A DNA stretch of 64,000 nt from assembly GCA_018646105.1 (NCBI GenBank), contig JABGVJ010000013.1, positions 1,517 to 65,516 of the forward strand. The letters are read 5' to 3'. The stretch comes from a bacterium (GTDB lineage Bacteria > Margulisbacteria > Marinamargulisbacteria > JABGVJ01). This document shows, in pieces, positions 51,613 through 61,674 of this stretch (its first letter is position 1; every line of letters begins with the position of its first letter). The notes beneath the pieces were generated by a model. It worked only from the letters and a program-made list of their open reading frames with translations. It made no database searches and had not been told where the DNA came from. The position numbers and the translations under genes were made by a program.

Positions 51613-51894
51613 TTAAAGTTTTTTTGTTAAAAAGTTTAAAACATCAATATCTTTGATTATTTTTTCAGCTAAAATTTTATTACTAGGTTGTTGATATGTT
51701 TTGTTTTCTAGTTGGTTTTTTATTTTTTTGACTTTGTTTTTATGCTGGTCTTTTTTTAAATCGTTTATTTTACTAGTTATTTTTTCAGATAGGTTTTGGT
51801 TTTTTTTGTTTATAGTAATAGTTGTAGCTAAACCATCTATAATTTCTTGGTTTGTTTTATGCTCTATTTTGGTAGTTATTTTTTCTTGAGGCAT
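51613..51894 (-). CDS. hypothetical lysine-rich small protein
   Basis: 93-aa ORF; low complexity; weak coding evidence. Confidence 0.3.
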   Translation of the reverse strand: MPQEKITTKIEHKTNQEIIDGLATTITINKKNQNLSEKITSKINDLKKDQHKNKVKKIKNQLENKTYQQPSNKILAEKIIKDIDVLNFLTKKL

Positions 51895-51997
51895 TTTATT
51901 GTCCCTTTCATATATAAAAGATTTTATTGAACTATATTCTTTATCGATAAAAAAACAAAAAACTTTAAGGTTTTTAAAGAAAGATTAAAAATTTTTT

Positions 51998-52612
51998 TTA
52001 TTCAGGTTGAATATCATCAAAAACTACCGGAATATTTAGTTTGCACCAGTTTAATAAATCCGTTAAGACTTTTTTTATTTCCCAATGAGCAGCCTTGCTG
52101 GTTCTTAGTTTGAAAATATGGCGCCACTCTCTAAAATTTGTGGTCATAACTATTTCAGTACGAATACCGATAGGAAGAATTTGACGTATATCTTCAGCTT
52201 TCCAACCAATTTTTTTGAGTTTTTTATAACACTCTTCGATTTGCGTGAGCACTGTGTCTATATCTTTTATTTCAGGGGTGTTTATTTTGTGAGGAGGGAC
52301 GATAATCTCTAGATCCCCTTTGTGGTATCCCACATAGCGGGTAGATTCTTGGCTAAAGGCGCATAAGCGGTGCCTTACTATTTCATGTGTGAAGCCGCGG
52401 GAAATGTTGTAAAAACGGACAGTCATGGAGGAGTGTTCTAAAACAGATTCGTGGCCTAGTTTTCTTATTTTTTCAATAAATATTTTAGCGGATTGATTTG
52501 TTATGTTACTTTGGGATTTATAGCAGGTACGGCCGGCTTTTTCCATAACCTCAAGAGCGTTAGAGCTGAGAGATAAGATTTCAAACTTTCCTGCATTTAT
52601 TAGTTTTTTCAT
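51998..52612 (-). CDS. thyX: flavin-dependent thymidylate synthase ThyX
   Basis: ThyX motif RHRLCAFSQESTRY (RHRxxSxxxxSxRY); 204 aa. Confidence 0.9.
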   Translation of the reverse strand: MKKLINAGKFEILSLSSNALEVMEKAGRTCYKSQSNITNQSAKIFIEKIRKLGHESVLEHSSMTVRFYNISRGFTHEIVRHRLCAFSQESTRYVGYHKGDLEIIVPPHKINTPEIKDIDTVLTQIEECYKKLKKIGWKAEDIRQILPIGIRTEIVMTTNFREWRHIFKLRTSKAAHWEIKKVLTDLLNWCKLNIPVVFDDIQPE

Positions 52613-52623
52613 TAGTTCCTCCT

Positions 52624-53988
52624 TTAGTCTGTTTGGTTTAGGGCGGCTATAGCAGCACCTAAGAGGGATCCATTTTTAGTTAACACAAGGTTTATTTTTT
52701 TATTATTATTTTTAAAGATATTATTTAAAGAGGATATCATTCTTTCTGAGTATTTATAATATTTTTCGAAAATAGAGCCATCGATAGCAACGACATGGTT
52801 TTGGGAAAGAGTGGGGTCGATTTTTTTTAAAGATCCGGCTAAACAAGCCGCGGCTATTTTTGCGCTACGGTTAGAAATAAGTTGGATGATTTTTTTTGCT
52901 TTGATTCTAGTGGCTAGAGTAGATTCGATTTGGAGGGTAGTTAAGATTTGTTTGGTTTTTTTTAAGCCTAAAGAAGTATCTTTTTCTATTTCAGATAAAT
53001 AGGGGGTATGAAAACTGTTTTTTTTGTGAATGAGGTGTGAGGACGGTAAATTAGTAAGGGTTTTTAAAATTATTAATCTAAAGAGCTCGCCTAAATATGC
53101 CCCTGAAATCATTTTTTCAGCTATTTGTTGCCCGGGGTTTTCTGAATTTTGGTCTAATGTTTTATCAAACTCAGTGCGAGGAATAATTTGTTGAATAGCA
53201 AAATCCCCAGATTCGGTAACATAAATCATTTTGTCTATTAAAAGGCAAATATTAGTTCCGCTACCAAGTATCATAGAAACATCGCAATTTTGATTAAAAT
53301 AAGCTTTGGTGATGAGGGTGCCTGTAGTGTCGTTTAAAAGAGCTTTTATTTTTATATTGGAAAGGTGGATTTTTTTTAGAGCGTTTTGTAAAAGGACATG
53401 GGGGTCTTTGCCTTTAATTTCTGTTTCGCAGAATTCTTTGGATAAGGTTATGATTTGGCCATGGCTAGCATTTTTAGCGTTTAAATGGAAGCTAAAGGTA
53501 AGGCCTAAAGAAATGTCTGTTTGGTTGTTTTCTTGCGAGATAAGTTTACGAATGTGTTGCGCTATGTGGTCAAAAATAAGCAGAGGGTGTTTTTTTTCAA
53601 TAGGACTAATTTTTTTTTGAATTTTTTTTGAGATATCTATTTCTTCTGGATTAATTATTTTAGGATCTAAGTTTACTTTTAAAATTCTTAAATTTGAGCC
53701 GCCCCAATCAATCGCTAAGGTAATCCCGCTTTTTTTTTGAGAAGAAGGCTTAATATGGGTTTTCAGCATTTTGAGAGAGCTTTTTTTTTGATGTAAACCG
53801 TTATTTATTTCAGTTAGAAAAAATAGGGTGATATCTATAAGGGTTTGAGAAGAAAGAGTAAGCTGTTTTTTTAAGGATTGATGGTGTGAAGATATTTTAG
53901 GAAGAGATATTTTACTAAAAGACGGAGACAGAGGGGCTTTGTGCTTATAATGTTTAAAAAGATTGGTTTTTAAGGCCTGTTTTTTCAT
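52624..53988 (-). CDS. hexokinase-family sugar kinase
   Basis: Hexokinase signatures LAIDWGGSNLRILKV, LGLTFSFHL, ALLNDTTGTL, GSGTNICL, ISGAYLGE, VAIDGSIF, GSLLGAAIAA. Confidence 0.8.
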   Translation of the reverse strand: MKKQALKTNLFKHYKHKAPLSPSFSKISLPKISSHHQSLKKQLTLSSQTLIDITLFFLTEINNGLHQKKSSLKMLKTHIKPSSQKKSGITLAIDWGGSNLRILKVNLDPKIINPEEIDISKKIQKKISPIEKKHPLLIFDHIAQHIRKLISQENNQTDISLGLTFSFHLNAKNASHGQIITLSKEFCETEIKGKDPHVLLQNALKKIHLSNIKIKALLNDTTGTLITKAYFNQNCDVSMILGSGTNICLLIDKMIYVTESGDFAIQQIIPRTEFDKTLDQNSENPGQQIAEKMISGAYLGELFRLIILKTLTNLPSSHLIHKKNSFHTPYLSEIEKDTSLGLKKTKQILTTLQIESTLATRIKAKKIIQLISNRSAKIAAACLAGSLKKIDPTLSQNHVVAIDGSIFEKYYKYSERMISSLNNIFKNNNKKINLVLTKNGSLLGAAIAALNQTD

Positions 53989-53989
53989 T

Positions 53990-56900
53990 TTAACTTATCC
54001 AAACTTTGGTTTCATGTATAATTTGATATAGGCTTTCGGTTGTTTCGGGAGAAATGGTTAACCAATATTTTTCGTGGGTTAATATTATTTTACCATTAAT
54101 ATGAAAGTATAGGGGAGATTTACCCTTATATTTTTGACACAATTGTTTTATTTGAGGCGCAATTTTGGTGAAATCTAAATATTCGGCGTCAATATGGACT
54201 TGATTGTTTTTGATGTTTTCCAAAAGTTCAATTTCATTACAGATAAGAATAGGGCTATCGTCCCTGATACTTACTTTGGCTTTTAAACGAACTAAGTTAT
54301 CGTCTTGGAACAATGCAGCATTTTTGTCAAAAGATTCATTTTGAAACATAAGAACAGAGATACTGCCATGTAAATCTTCTAGTTTAGCAGCGATCATTTC
54401 TTTTTTATTTTTATTGAGGATACGACGACAGTTGCTTAGTATTCCCCCGATAATTATTTGTTTCTGATGGTCGTTACTACCTATTTTTAGGGTGTTATAG
54501 GGTAATTTAGCTAGTTTTTGTTTAACTAATTTCAAAGGATGGCCGGATACATATAGACCCATAAGTTCTTTTTCCATTTTTAATTTTTCATGAGGAGAAA
54601 GATAAATATAAGAGGTATTATTTTTTAAATGAGTGTTTTGTTTTAAAAGGATAGTGTCTGAAAACAAACCAGATTGGCCTTTGTTTTTTTCTTTGATAGT
54701 GGCTTGAGCACTTTCTAAAAGAGATTCATAACAAGACAATAATTTGTTTCTGTCTTCAATTTCATCAAAGGCCCCACATTTGATAAGACTGTCCAGCACT
54801 CTTTTGTTTACTTGTTTTAGGTCTACCCTTAAACAAAAATCAGAAAGCGTAGTGAAAGGACCGTTTTTTGTTACGTTTTTGTTGATACTTTCGATAGCTC
54901 CGTCACCGACATTTTTAATAGCGCCTAAGCCAAAACGAATTCCTTCTGGCGTAATGGTAAAATCGGCTTTGGATTTGTTAATATTTGGAGGCAATACTTT
55001 GATATTAGATTGTTGGCATTCAGCAATATAAAGAGAGACTTTATCTATATTGCCTAAAACAGAAGTTAGGAGCGAAGCTAGATATTCGATAGGATAATTT
55101 GCTTTAAGGTAGGCGGTTTGATAGGAAATTAAAGCATAAGCGGCGCTGTGTGATTTGTTGAAACCATATTCAGCGAATTTGTAACATAATTCAAATATTT
55201 TGGCTGCTTTTTCAAGAGGAATTTTATTTTTCATAGCTCCGTTTAGGAATTCTACTTTCATTTGTTCCATAACGTTTTTTTTCTTTTTCCCCATAGCTTT
55301 TCTAAGCATATCAGCTTGTCCCATGCTAAAGCCGCCGATAGTATGAGCTATTTGCATAACTTGTTCCTGATAAAGGATCATTCCGTGGGTTTCTTGTAAA
55401 ATAGGTTTCAAAATAGGTAAGTCGTACTTGACTTTGGTTTTTCCGTTTTTATTAGAGACAAAATCATTTACCATGCCAGAACCCAAAGGCCCTGGTCTGT
55501 AAAGAGCTAACAAAGCGATAATGTCTTCAAAATTTTTGGGTTGGAGATCTTTTATTAACTTGCGCATACCCGAGCCTTCTAACTGGAAAACCCCAATAGT
55601 TTCCCCCGCACATAATAGCTTAAATGTTTTTTTGTCATTTAGTGGTAGTTTATTAAGATCTAGTTCTAGATTGTGATTGTTTTTTATTCTTTTTACAGTA
55701 TCTTGGAGTACGGTAAGGTTTCTTAAACCTAAAATATCAAGTTTCAATAAACCTATTTTTTCGACAGCTGCCATTGAAAACTGAGTTACGGGTTGCCCTT
55801 CATTTAAAGTTAGAGGTACCGTTTTGGATAAGGGTTCAGAAGAAACCACGACCCCTGCAGCGTGGGTGGAGGTGTGACGAGCAAACCCTTCTAATTGAAT
55901 GCCAATATCAAGTAGCTTGCGGTAATTTTTATTTTGATAAGCTTTGTTTAATTCGGGAACTATTTTAATAGCTTCTTGAATACTTGTCTGATTACCTGGT
56001 GTAGAAGGAATGAGTTTGGCTAAAAAATCTACTTCAGGCAAAGGAATGTCTAATACTCTGCCTACATCACGTATAACTCCTCTTGAGGCCATAGTTCCAA
56101 AAGTGATGATTTGTGAAACATGGTCGTTTCCGTATTTTTGAGATATATATTCGATAATTTCGTAACGTCGTTTAATGCAAAAATCAAGATCGATATCTGG
56201 CATGGAAACTCTTTCTGGATTGAGAAATCTTTCAAAAAGAAGTTTGTATTTGAGGGGATCTATTTTAGTAATATCTAAGGCATAAGCAACGATAGACCCG
56301 GCTGCGGATCCTCGTCCCGGTCCAAAAGGAATGTTTTGGAGGCGCGCATAATTTAAAAAATCACAGATGATTAAAAAGTAGTTAGAATAATACATTTTGG
56401 TAATAATCTGAAGTTCATATTCGGCGCGTTTTTTTATTTCTTCTGTAATGTTTTGATATTTTAGTGCTAATCCTTGATAAACTAGTTCTTTGAGATATTG
56501 TTCGCTTGATTTTTGGTCGGGACATTCAAACTTAGGCAGTTTTACTTGTTCTGTATCTAGTTTTAAACGGCATTGTTCTGCTATTTTGATAGTGTTGGAA
56601 AGGGCTTCTGGTATGTCTTTAAATAATTCAGCCATTTCTTGAGGGCTTTTTAAGTATTTTTCTTGAGTTTGAAATTTGAGAGAGTTTTCATCATCGATTT
56701 TTTTACCGGTTTGGATACAGACTAAAATATCTCTTAGGTGAGCATCTTCTTTGTCACAATAGTAAACATCGTTTGTGGCGACGATTTCAATATTTAGTTT
56801 TTTACTTATACTGATGGTTTCTTCTTTGATAATATCTTCATAATGGAGACCTAAAGATTGGATGCCAAGATAAAAATTATCATGATAGATGTCTTGTAAA

Positions 56901-57370
56901 GTTGAGGCGGTTTTTTCACCTTTTTCAAATTCGCCCTTTTTAAAAAGATTGGCCACAGGTCCTTGAAACCCAGGAGAAATAGCGATTAGATCATCAGCGT
57001 ATTTTTTTAAATGGTTTAAGTCTATTCTGGGTTTATAATAAAAACCGTTTAAATGCGAAATGGTAACGATTTCGATAAGGTTTTGATAGCCATTATAGTT
57101 TTTACTCAGTAGAATCAAGCGATCGCGAGCTCGTTCTTTTTGAGAAATGTCGTCGGTAAGGTAGACTTCGCAACCAATGATAGGGTTGAGCCCATTATTT
57201 TTGGCGGTAGTATAAAAGTCGATAGCTCCATATAAATTAGCGTTATCGGTTATAGCGATAGCCGGCATATCAAAATCTTTGCATTGTTTGACTAAGGCCG
57301 GAATTTTTAAAGCTCCATCAAGCAAAGAGTACTCAGTGTGACAATGTAAATGTATAAAATTGTTGTTCAT
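53990..57370 (-). CDS. dnaE: DNA polymerase III alpha subunit
   Basis: 1126 aa; PHP domain N-terminus (IHLHCHTEYSLLDG), polymerase core, OB fold. Confidence 0.95.
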   Translation of the reverse strand: MNNNFIHLHCHTEYSLLDGALKIPALVKQCKDFDMPAIAITDNANLYGAIDFYTTAKNNGLNPIIGCEVYLTDDISQKERARDRLILLSKNYNGYQNLIEIVTISHLNGFYYKPRIDLNHLKKYADDLIAISPGFQGPVANLFKKGEFEKGEKTASTLQDIYHDNFYLGIQSLGLHYEDIIKEETISISKKLNIEIVATNDVYYCDKEDAHLRDILVCIQTGKKIDDENSLKFQTQEKYLKSPQEMAELFKDIPEALSNTIKIAEQCRLKLDTEQVKLPKFECPDQKSSEQYLKELVYQGLALKYQNITEEIKKRAEYELQIITKMYYSNYFLIICDFLNYARLQNIPFGPGRGSAAGSIVAYALDITKIDPLKYKLLFERFLNPERVSMPDIDLDFCIKRRYEIIEYISQKYGNDHVSQIITFGTMASRGVIRDVGRVLDIPLPEVDFLAKLIPSTPGNQTSIQEAIKIVPELNKAYQNKNYRKLLDIGIQLEGFARHTSTHAAGVVVSSEPLSKTVPLTLNEGQPVTQFSMAAVEKIGLLKLDILGLRNLTVLQDTVKRIKNNHNLELDLNKLPLNDKKTFKLLCAGETIGVFQLEGSGMRKLIKDLQPKNFEDIIALLALYRPGPLGSGMVNDFVSNKNGKTKVKYDLPILKPILQETHGMILYQEQVMQIAHTIGGFSMGQADMLRKAMGKKKKNVMEQMKVEFLNGAMKNKIPLEKAAKIFELCYKFAEYGFNKSHSAAYALISYQTAYLKANYPIEYLASLLTSVLGNIDKVSLYIAECQQSNIKVLPPNINKSKADFTITPEGIRFGLGAIKNVGDGAIESINKNVTKNGPFTTLSDFCLRVDLKQVNKRVLDSLIKCGAFDEIEDRNKLLSCYESLLESAQATIKEKNKGQSGLFSDTILLKQNTHLKNNTSYIYLSPHEKLKMEKELMGLYVSGHPLKLVKQKLAKLPYNTLKIGSNDHQKQIIIGGILSNCRRILNKNKKEMIAAKLEDLHGSISVLMFQNESFDKNAALFQDDNLVRLKAKVSIRDDSPILICNEIELLENIKNNQVHIDAEYLDFTKIAPQIKQLCQKYKGKSPLYFHINGKIILTHEKYWLTISPETTESLYQIIHETKVWIS

Positions 57371-57470
57371 AATTGTTTTTTTTAGATTAAGCAGCAGAAT
57401 AGAAGTTGCTTAATATTCTAGAATAATTTATATTAAGCAACTTTTTCGATTTTTTTAAGGTCTTTGGTTT

Positions 57471-58145
57471 TTATAAAAATCTAGTCCAAGACACTCCTAC
57501 GTTATAAAGCATGCCTTCGCCTCTAGCATTTGTTATATCCAAGATAGAAGCTCTAAAGAAAATATTATCTGAGAAATAATAACGAACACCAGAGTTGATT
57601 CTATATTGATTTCCTAAGTTGAGGATATCTGTCTCTATGGAAAATTCATCCGAAAGAAGATACTCAAGCCCTAACATAATGGAAGAATCGATTTCTGCGC
57701 CTAGAAAATGCGCTTTAAAACCAAAGTGGCCGTGAAACCCTTCCTGGAATTTTTTAGAAGCGACTAAATAAGCACTAGAATCTGTATGTGAGGTAAGTTT
57801 TTCCATACCGATAGCGATGGAAATAGGGTATCGGGAATTATCGGACATTAAATAATATTTTAGATTAACAAAAACGCCTTCTGTAGGAATGGTGCCTCCG
57901 ACAATTCCTAATTCAAAGCCTTTGAAGGAACCTAAGTTTAATTTGTAGTAATATACACCGTTATTGCTAGAAGGGGTGGCTTCGGATTTGACGCTATAGT
58001 CTAAACCAACATTGAACTCTTTATATTGTAGAGATTCAGCGGTTGGCATCTCAATGAGTCCTGAAGAACCATAGATGTTGGGTGCGGCATATCCTAATGA
58101 GGTGATCATAAAGATAGCGATTAGTATATAAAATATTTTTTTCAT
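57471..58145 (-). CDS. outer-membrane beta-barrel protein (OmpA/OmpW-like barrel)
   Basis: Signal peptide MKKIFYILIAIFMITSLGYA, alternating amphipathic beta strands, C-terminal aromatic residue. Confidence 0.55.
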   Translation of the reverse strand: MKKIFYILIAIFMITSLGYAAPNIYGSSGLIEMPTAESLQYKEFNVGLDYSVKSEATPSSNNGVYYYKLNLGSFKGFELGIVGGTIPTEGVFVNLKYYLMSDNSRYPISIAIGMEKLTSHTDSSAYLVASKKFQEGFHGHFGFKAHFLGAEIDSSIMLGLEYLLSDEFSIETDILNLGNQYRINSGVRYYFSDNIFFRASILDITNARGEGMLYNVGVSWTRFL

Positions 58146-58148
58146 AAT

Positions 58149-59132
58149 TTAGCCTCCTTTTTTTAATTCTTTTTTTACGAGTTTTTTTAAAACGGCTTTT
58201 TTTCGCATTTCAAGCCGATGGTTTTGGGCGGGAAATCCGGAAACTATAGTGTTGCTTGGAAGGTTTTTTGTAACACCTGTTTTGGCCATAACCACAACAT
58301 TATCACCAATAGTTATATGTCCGTTAAAACCAGCCTGTCCGCCTATTAATACATTATCTCCTAAAGTAACACTTCCGGCAAATCCTATTAGACCGGCTAA
58401 AGCGCAGTTTTTACCTATGATGGTATTATGCGCTAAATGATTTAAATTATCTATCTTCGTTCCTTGTTGAACAACGGTATTTCCTAAGCAACCTCTATCT
58501 ATACAGGTGTTAGCTCCTATTTCAACGTTGTTTTCGATGATGACTCGCCCAATATGCTGTATTTTGAGAAATTTTTTATTTTCTTGATAATAACCAAAGC
58601 CGTCGACTCCAATATTAGAACCGGCATGGATAATAACATTGTCGCCTATTTGAGTGTGATCATAAATGGTGACGCCAGGATAAATAAGGCAATTTTGGCC
58701 AATCTGAACATGTTGACCAATATTTACATTTGAACCTATGCGCGTTTTGGTGCCAATTATGGTTTTCTCACCAATAGATGTAAAGGCAGATATTTGAACC
58801 TGGTCAGCTAATTGTGCTGATTTGTGAATTTCTGTTTTAGAAGATATGTTAAAAGTTTCGACAGGTTTGGCAGGAGATAAGAGATTAATAGCCAAGGCCA
58901 AGGCTTTGCGAGGGTTTTTAACGATAATTTGATTTTTAAGATTATTTATAGGCTTAAAAGTAATAAAAGCGGCGGCTGAGGAAGCTTGGCTCTCTTTGAT
59001 ATATTTTGATTCTAGGACAAATGAAAGATCATTAGCCTGCGCCTGATCTAGACTAGCAAGGCTAATGATTTCAAGGTCAGGGTTTCCGATTAAGGTTCCT
59101 GCTAATTGAGTAGCTATTTTTCGAAGATTCAT
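58149..59132 (-). CDS. lpxD: UDP-3-O-acylglucosamine N-acyltransferase
   Basis: 327 aa; left-handed beta-helix hexapeptide repeats, N-terminal LpxD domain; bamA-skp-lpxD synteny. Confidence 0.85.
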   Translation of the reverse strand: MNLRKIATQLAGTLIGNPDLEIISLASLDQAQANDLSFVLESKYIKESQASSAAAFITFKPINNLKNQIIVKNPRKALALAINLLSPAKPVETFNISSKTEIHKSAQLADQVQISAFTSIGEKTIIGTKTRIGSNVNIGQHVQIGQNCLIYPGVTIYDHTQIGDNVIIHAGSNIGVDGFGYYQENKKFLKIQHIGRVIIENNVEIGANTCIDRGCLGNTVVQQGTKIDNLNHLAHNTIIGKNCALAGLIGFAGSVTLGDNVLIGGQAGFNGHITIGDNVVVMAKTGVTKNLPSNTIVSGFPAQNHRLEMRKKAVLKKLVKKELKKGG

Positions 59133-59135
59133 TAA

Positions 59136-59594
59136 TTAATTGTTTAATTTTTCTAATACGTAATCTGTCATGTCAAAGCCACCACTAATAATAACTTGTT
59201 TATCCAAGACTACCGTAATATTGTATTCTTTAGCTACTTCATCAGTAGCACTTATAATATCGTTTTTTAGCTTGAAAGTTAGTTCTTGATTTAATTTAAG
59301 AAGAGCCTCTTTTTTTGGCTCTAATTCTTTTTCTAGTTTTTCAATAAGTTTTTTTATTTTTTTATCATTTTGTTTTTTGTTTTTGGCTTCTTCTATTTTT
59401 TCTTGTCTTTTTTCTAATTCCTTTTGAAATTCGTCTTGTTTTTTCTTTAAACTATCCTGGGCTTTTTGTGCTTCAGCGTAACTATAGTAAATTTTTTGAA
59501 GATCAACCACTCCTACGGTATCTGCTGCAAAAGCTAAGCTAGGGATTAACATTATACCTGCGACTAGTAGACTTAATAAAATATTTTTTTTCAT
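59136..59594 (-). CDS. skp: periplasmic chaperone Skp (OmpH family)
   Basis: Signal peptide MKKNILLSLLVAGIMLIPSLAFA then K/E-rich coiled coil; position between bamA and lpxD; start set at internal Met. Confidence 0.7.
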   Translation of the reverse strand: MKKNILLSLLVAGIMLIPSLAFAADTVGVVDLQKIYYSYAEAQKAQDSLKKKQDEFQKELEKRQEKIEEAKNKKQNDKKIKKLIEKLEKELEPKKEALLKLNQELTFKLKNDIISATDEVAKEYNITVVLDKQVIISGGFDMTDYVLEKLNN

Positions 59595-59617
59595 TTTTAA
59601 CTCCTTTTTTGTTTTTT

Positions 59618-61384
59618 TTAGAAAGCATGCCCAATATTGAAGTGGGTATACCAATTTCCTTGTTCGTTATTACCAAAGTCTAGCCTAAAAGGTCCCAATG
59701 GGGTATTGAGTCTTAAGCCAAACCCTTTGCCGATTTTGTAGCCCTGAGAAAAAGACAGGACATTTTCTAAACTGTTAGAAGCAAGTCCTGTATCAATAAA
59801 GAGCACTCCTTGAAAGACCTCATTGAAAGAAACGCGATATTCTATACTTGCTAATAATCGTTTGCTACCAACGCTATAAGGGGACAGATCGCTATAGCCA
59901 CGGACAGTGTTTACACCTCCAGTATAATACAGTTCTGAATCCTGAAGATCGCCGGCCATATATCCTAGCTCTATTCTAGTAGCAATGGTTTGATTTTCAA
60001 AGGTTTGAAAAAATTTTCTTAGCCCTAAATCTGTTTTGATGAAATTTAAAGAATCTGCGTTTATTTTAAATCCTTTTTCCACGGACCAGGTATAATAGTC
60101 GCCGTTTAAAGGGTTAAACCAGACATCTCTGGTGTCATAAGAAAGCATTGGCGTATAGCTTTGTACTGAATAGACGTTGTTATCATCAGTCACATTAATG
60201 TTTTCTAAGCGTATTTTATGAGATACTCGTAGCTTTTCATCAAGAGGGATGCTTACGGACGCATCTAGACCGTTGCGGATTTCGTCTCTATAAGAGATAG
60301 CGCCTGCATTGGTGAGATTGCTAAGAAAGGCCTGCTCTCCATTGGTATGCCAAGCGCGAAATGTAAATGCTTTTCTTTCGGGCCACATCCAAGGATTGTG
60401 ATATTTGAATTGATAGGTAGAGCTTTTAAATTGACGGGCGAATTGTCCTTTTAAAGAGACTAACTGACCGGTGCCTAATATATTGTCCCAATAAACATCA
60501 GCAAAAACAAAAAGACCACTAGTATCACCATAACCGCCTCCAAAATTTATGGAGCTGGAAGATTTCTCAGTAAGATTTATCTTTAAAATATAATGAGCTG
60601 GTTCCTGGGCGGGAATAAAATCAGGGAGTGCTTCAGAAAAATAATTTAAATTAAAAATATTTTTAAGATCTTTTCTAAGTTCTTTTTGATTTAGGACATC
60701 GCCGGGTTTTGTTTTTATTTCTCTGAAGATCACATAATCTTTAGTCGTTGTATTACCGGTAATGAGGATTTTATCTAGAATTCCTTCGCCTATATAAAAA
60801 ACAAGGTTTTTATTTTTAGAGGTAGGGACATCTACTTTATAGATTTTAGCTAGAAAATAGCCTTGGTCTTTATAAAGCTTTTCGATGTTTTGCATATCTT
60901 TACGCAGTGTGTTGTAATTGAAAACTTTGTTTTTTTGAGAGGAAATGGTTTCTCTTAATTTTTCAGAGTTTATTTTTGTAGCGCCTTTAAAAATAATGTT
61001 TTTAACGAGAGGGTTTTCTTTTACTTTAAAGATTAAGATTTTATGGTTTTTAGAGGCTTTTTGAAGCTGATATTCCACATTGGAAAACAATCCAAGCGAT
61101 TTAATATTTTTAATGATTTGGTTGATTTTAATATTGTTAGCCTGGTCACCTGGTTTTAAATTTATTTCATTACTAATAAGTTTTAGAGGAATGTTTTTGT
61201 TGCCAATGATTTTGATGTCGGAAATTTTATTTTTTTGAGTTTGAGTCTTTGTGGGAGCACTTTGCGTTTCTAGGGCATTAAAAGAATTGACAATGGTTTC
61301 TAAATCAATAGTTTTGGGACTGTTAGCATAAAGGGGTGTAATAAATAATACAGTAAAAATAATTAAAGCTTTGCAATATTTCAA
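59618..61384 (-). CDS. bamA: outer membrane protein assembly factor BamA (Omp85), short form
   Basis: 588 aa; POTRA-like N-terminal repeats and Omp85 barrel ending …NIGHAF; shorter than 5-POTRA proteobacterial BamA. Confidence 0.8.
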   Translation of the reverse strand: MKYCKALIIFTVLFITPLYANSPKTIDLETIVNSFNALETQSAPTKTQTQKNKISDIKIIGNKNIPLKLISNEINLKPGDQANNIKINQIIKNIKSLGLFSNVEYQLQKASKNHKILIFKVKENPLVKNIIFKGATKINSEKLRETISSQKNKVFNYNTLRKDMQNIEKLYKDQGYFLAKIYKVDVPTSKNKNLVFYIGEGILDKILITGNTTTKDYVIFREIKTKPGDVLNQKELRKDLKNIFNLNYFSEALPDFIPAQEPAHYILKINLTEKSSSSINFGGGYGDTSGLFVFADVYWDNILGTGQLVSLKGQFARQFKSSTYQFKYHNPWMWPERKAFTFRAWHTNGEQAFLSNLTNAGAISYRDEIRNGLDASVSIPLDEKLRVSHKIRLENINVTDDNNVYSVQSYTPMLSYDTRDVWFNPLNGDYYTWSVEKGFKINADSLNFIKTDLGLRKFFQTFENQTIATRIELGYMAGDLQDSELYYTGGVNTVRGYSDLSPYSVGSKRLLASIEYRVSFNEVFQGVLFIDTGLASNSLENVLSFSQGYKIGKGFGLRLNTPLGPFRLDFGNNEQGNWYTHFNIGHAF

Positions 61385-61400
61385 AAAATAACTCCTTTTT

Positions 61401-61622
61401 TTAAGTAATAATGATGCCTAAAATAGCGGCGCTAATAAAAAAAACAAATCCTAAAAAAGAAGTTATTTTATTGAGGCCGGACTCGATGCCTTTGGTATAG
61501 TTGAAAACCTGAGCTTGTCCACCAATACTTCCAAGACCTTCTCCTTTAGGGGAGTGCATTAAGATGGTAATAACGAGTAAGATGCCAGAAATAAATTCTG
61601 TAGTTAAAAGAAAAGTTTTCAT
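61401..61622 (-). CDS. secG: preprotein translocase subunit SecG
   Basis: 73 aa, two TM helices, LLVITILMHSPKGEGLG motif. Confidence 0.75.
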   Translation of the reverse strand: MKTFLLTTEFISGILLVITILMHSPKGEGLGSIGGQAQVFNYTKGIESGLNKITSFLGFVFFISAAILGIIIT

Positions 61623-61674
61623 GTAAGCTCCTTTTTTTTAATAATTCATAGATCTTTAGAGAATTATACCTAAT

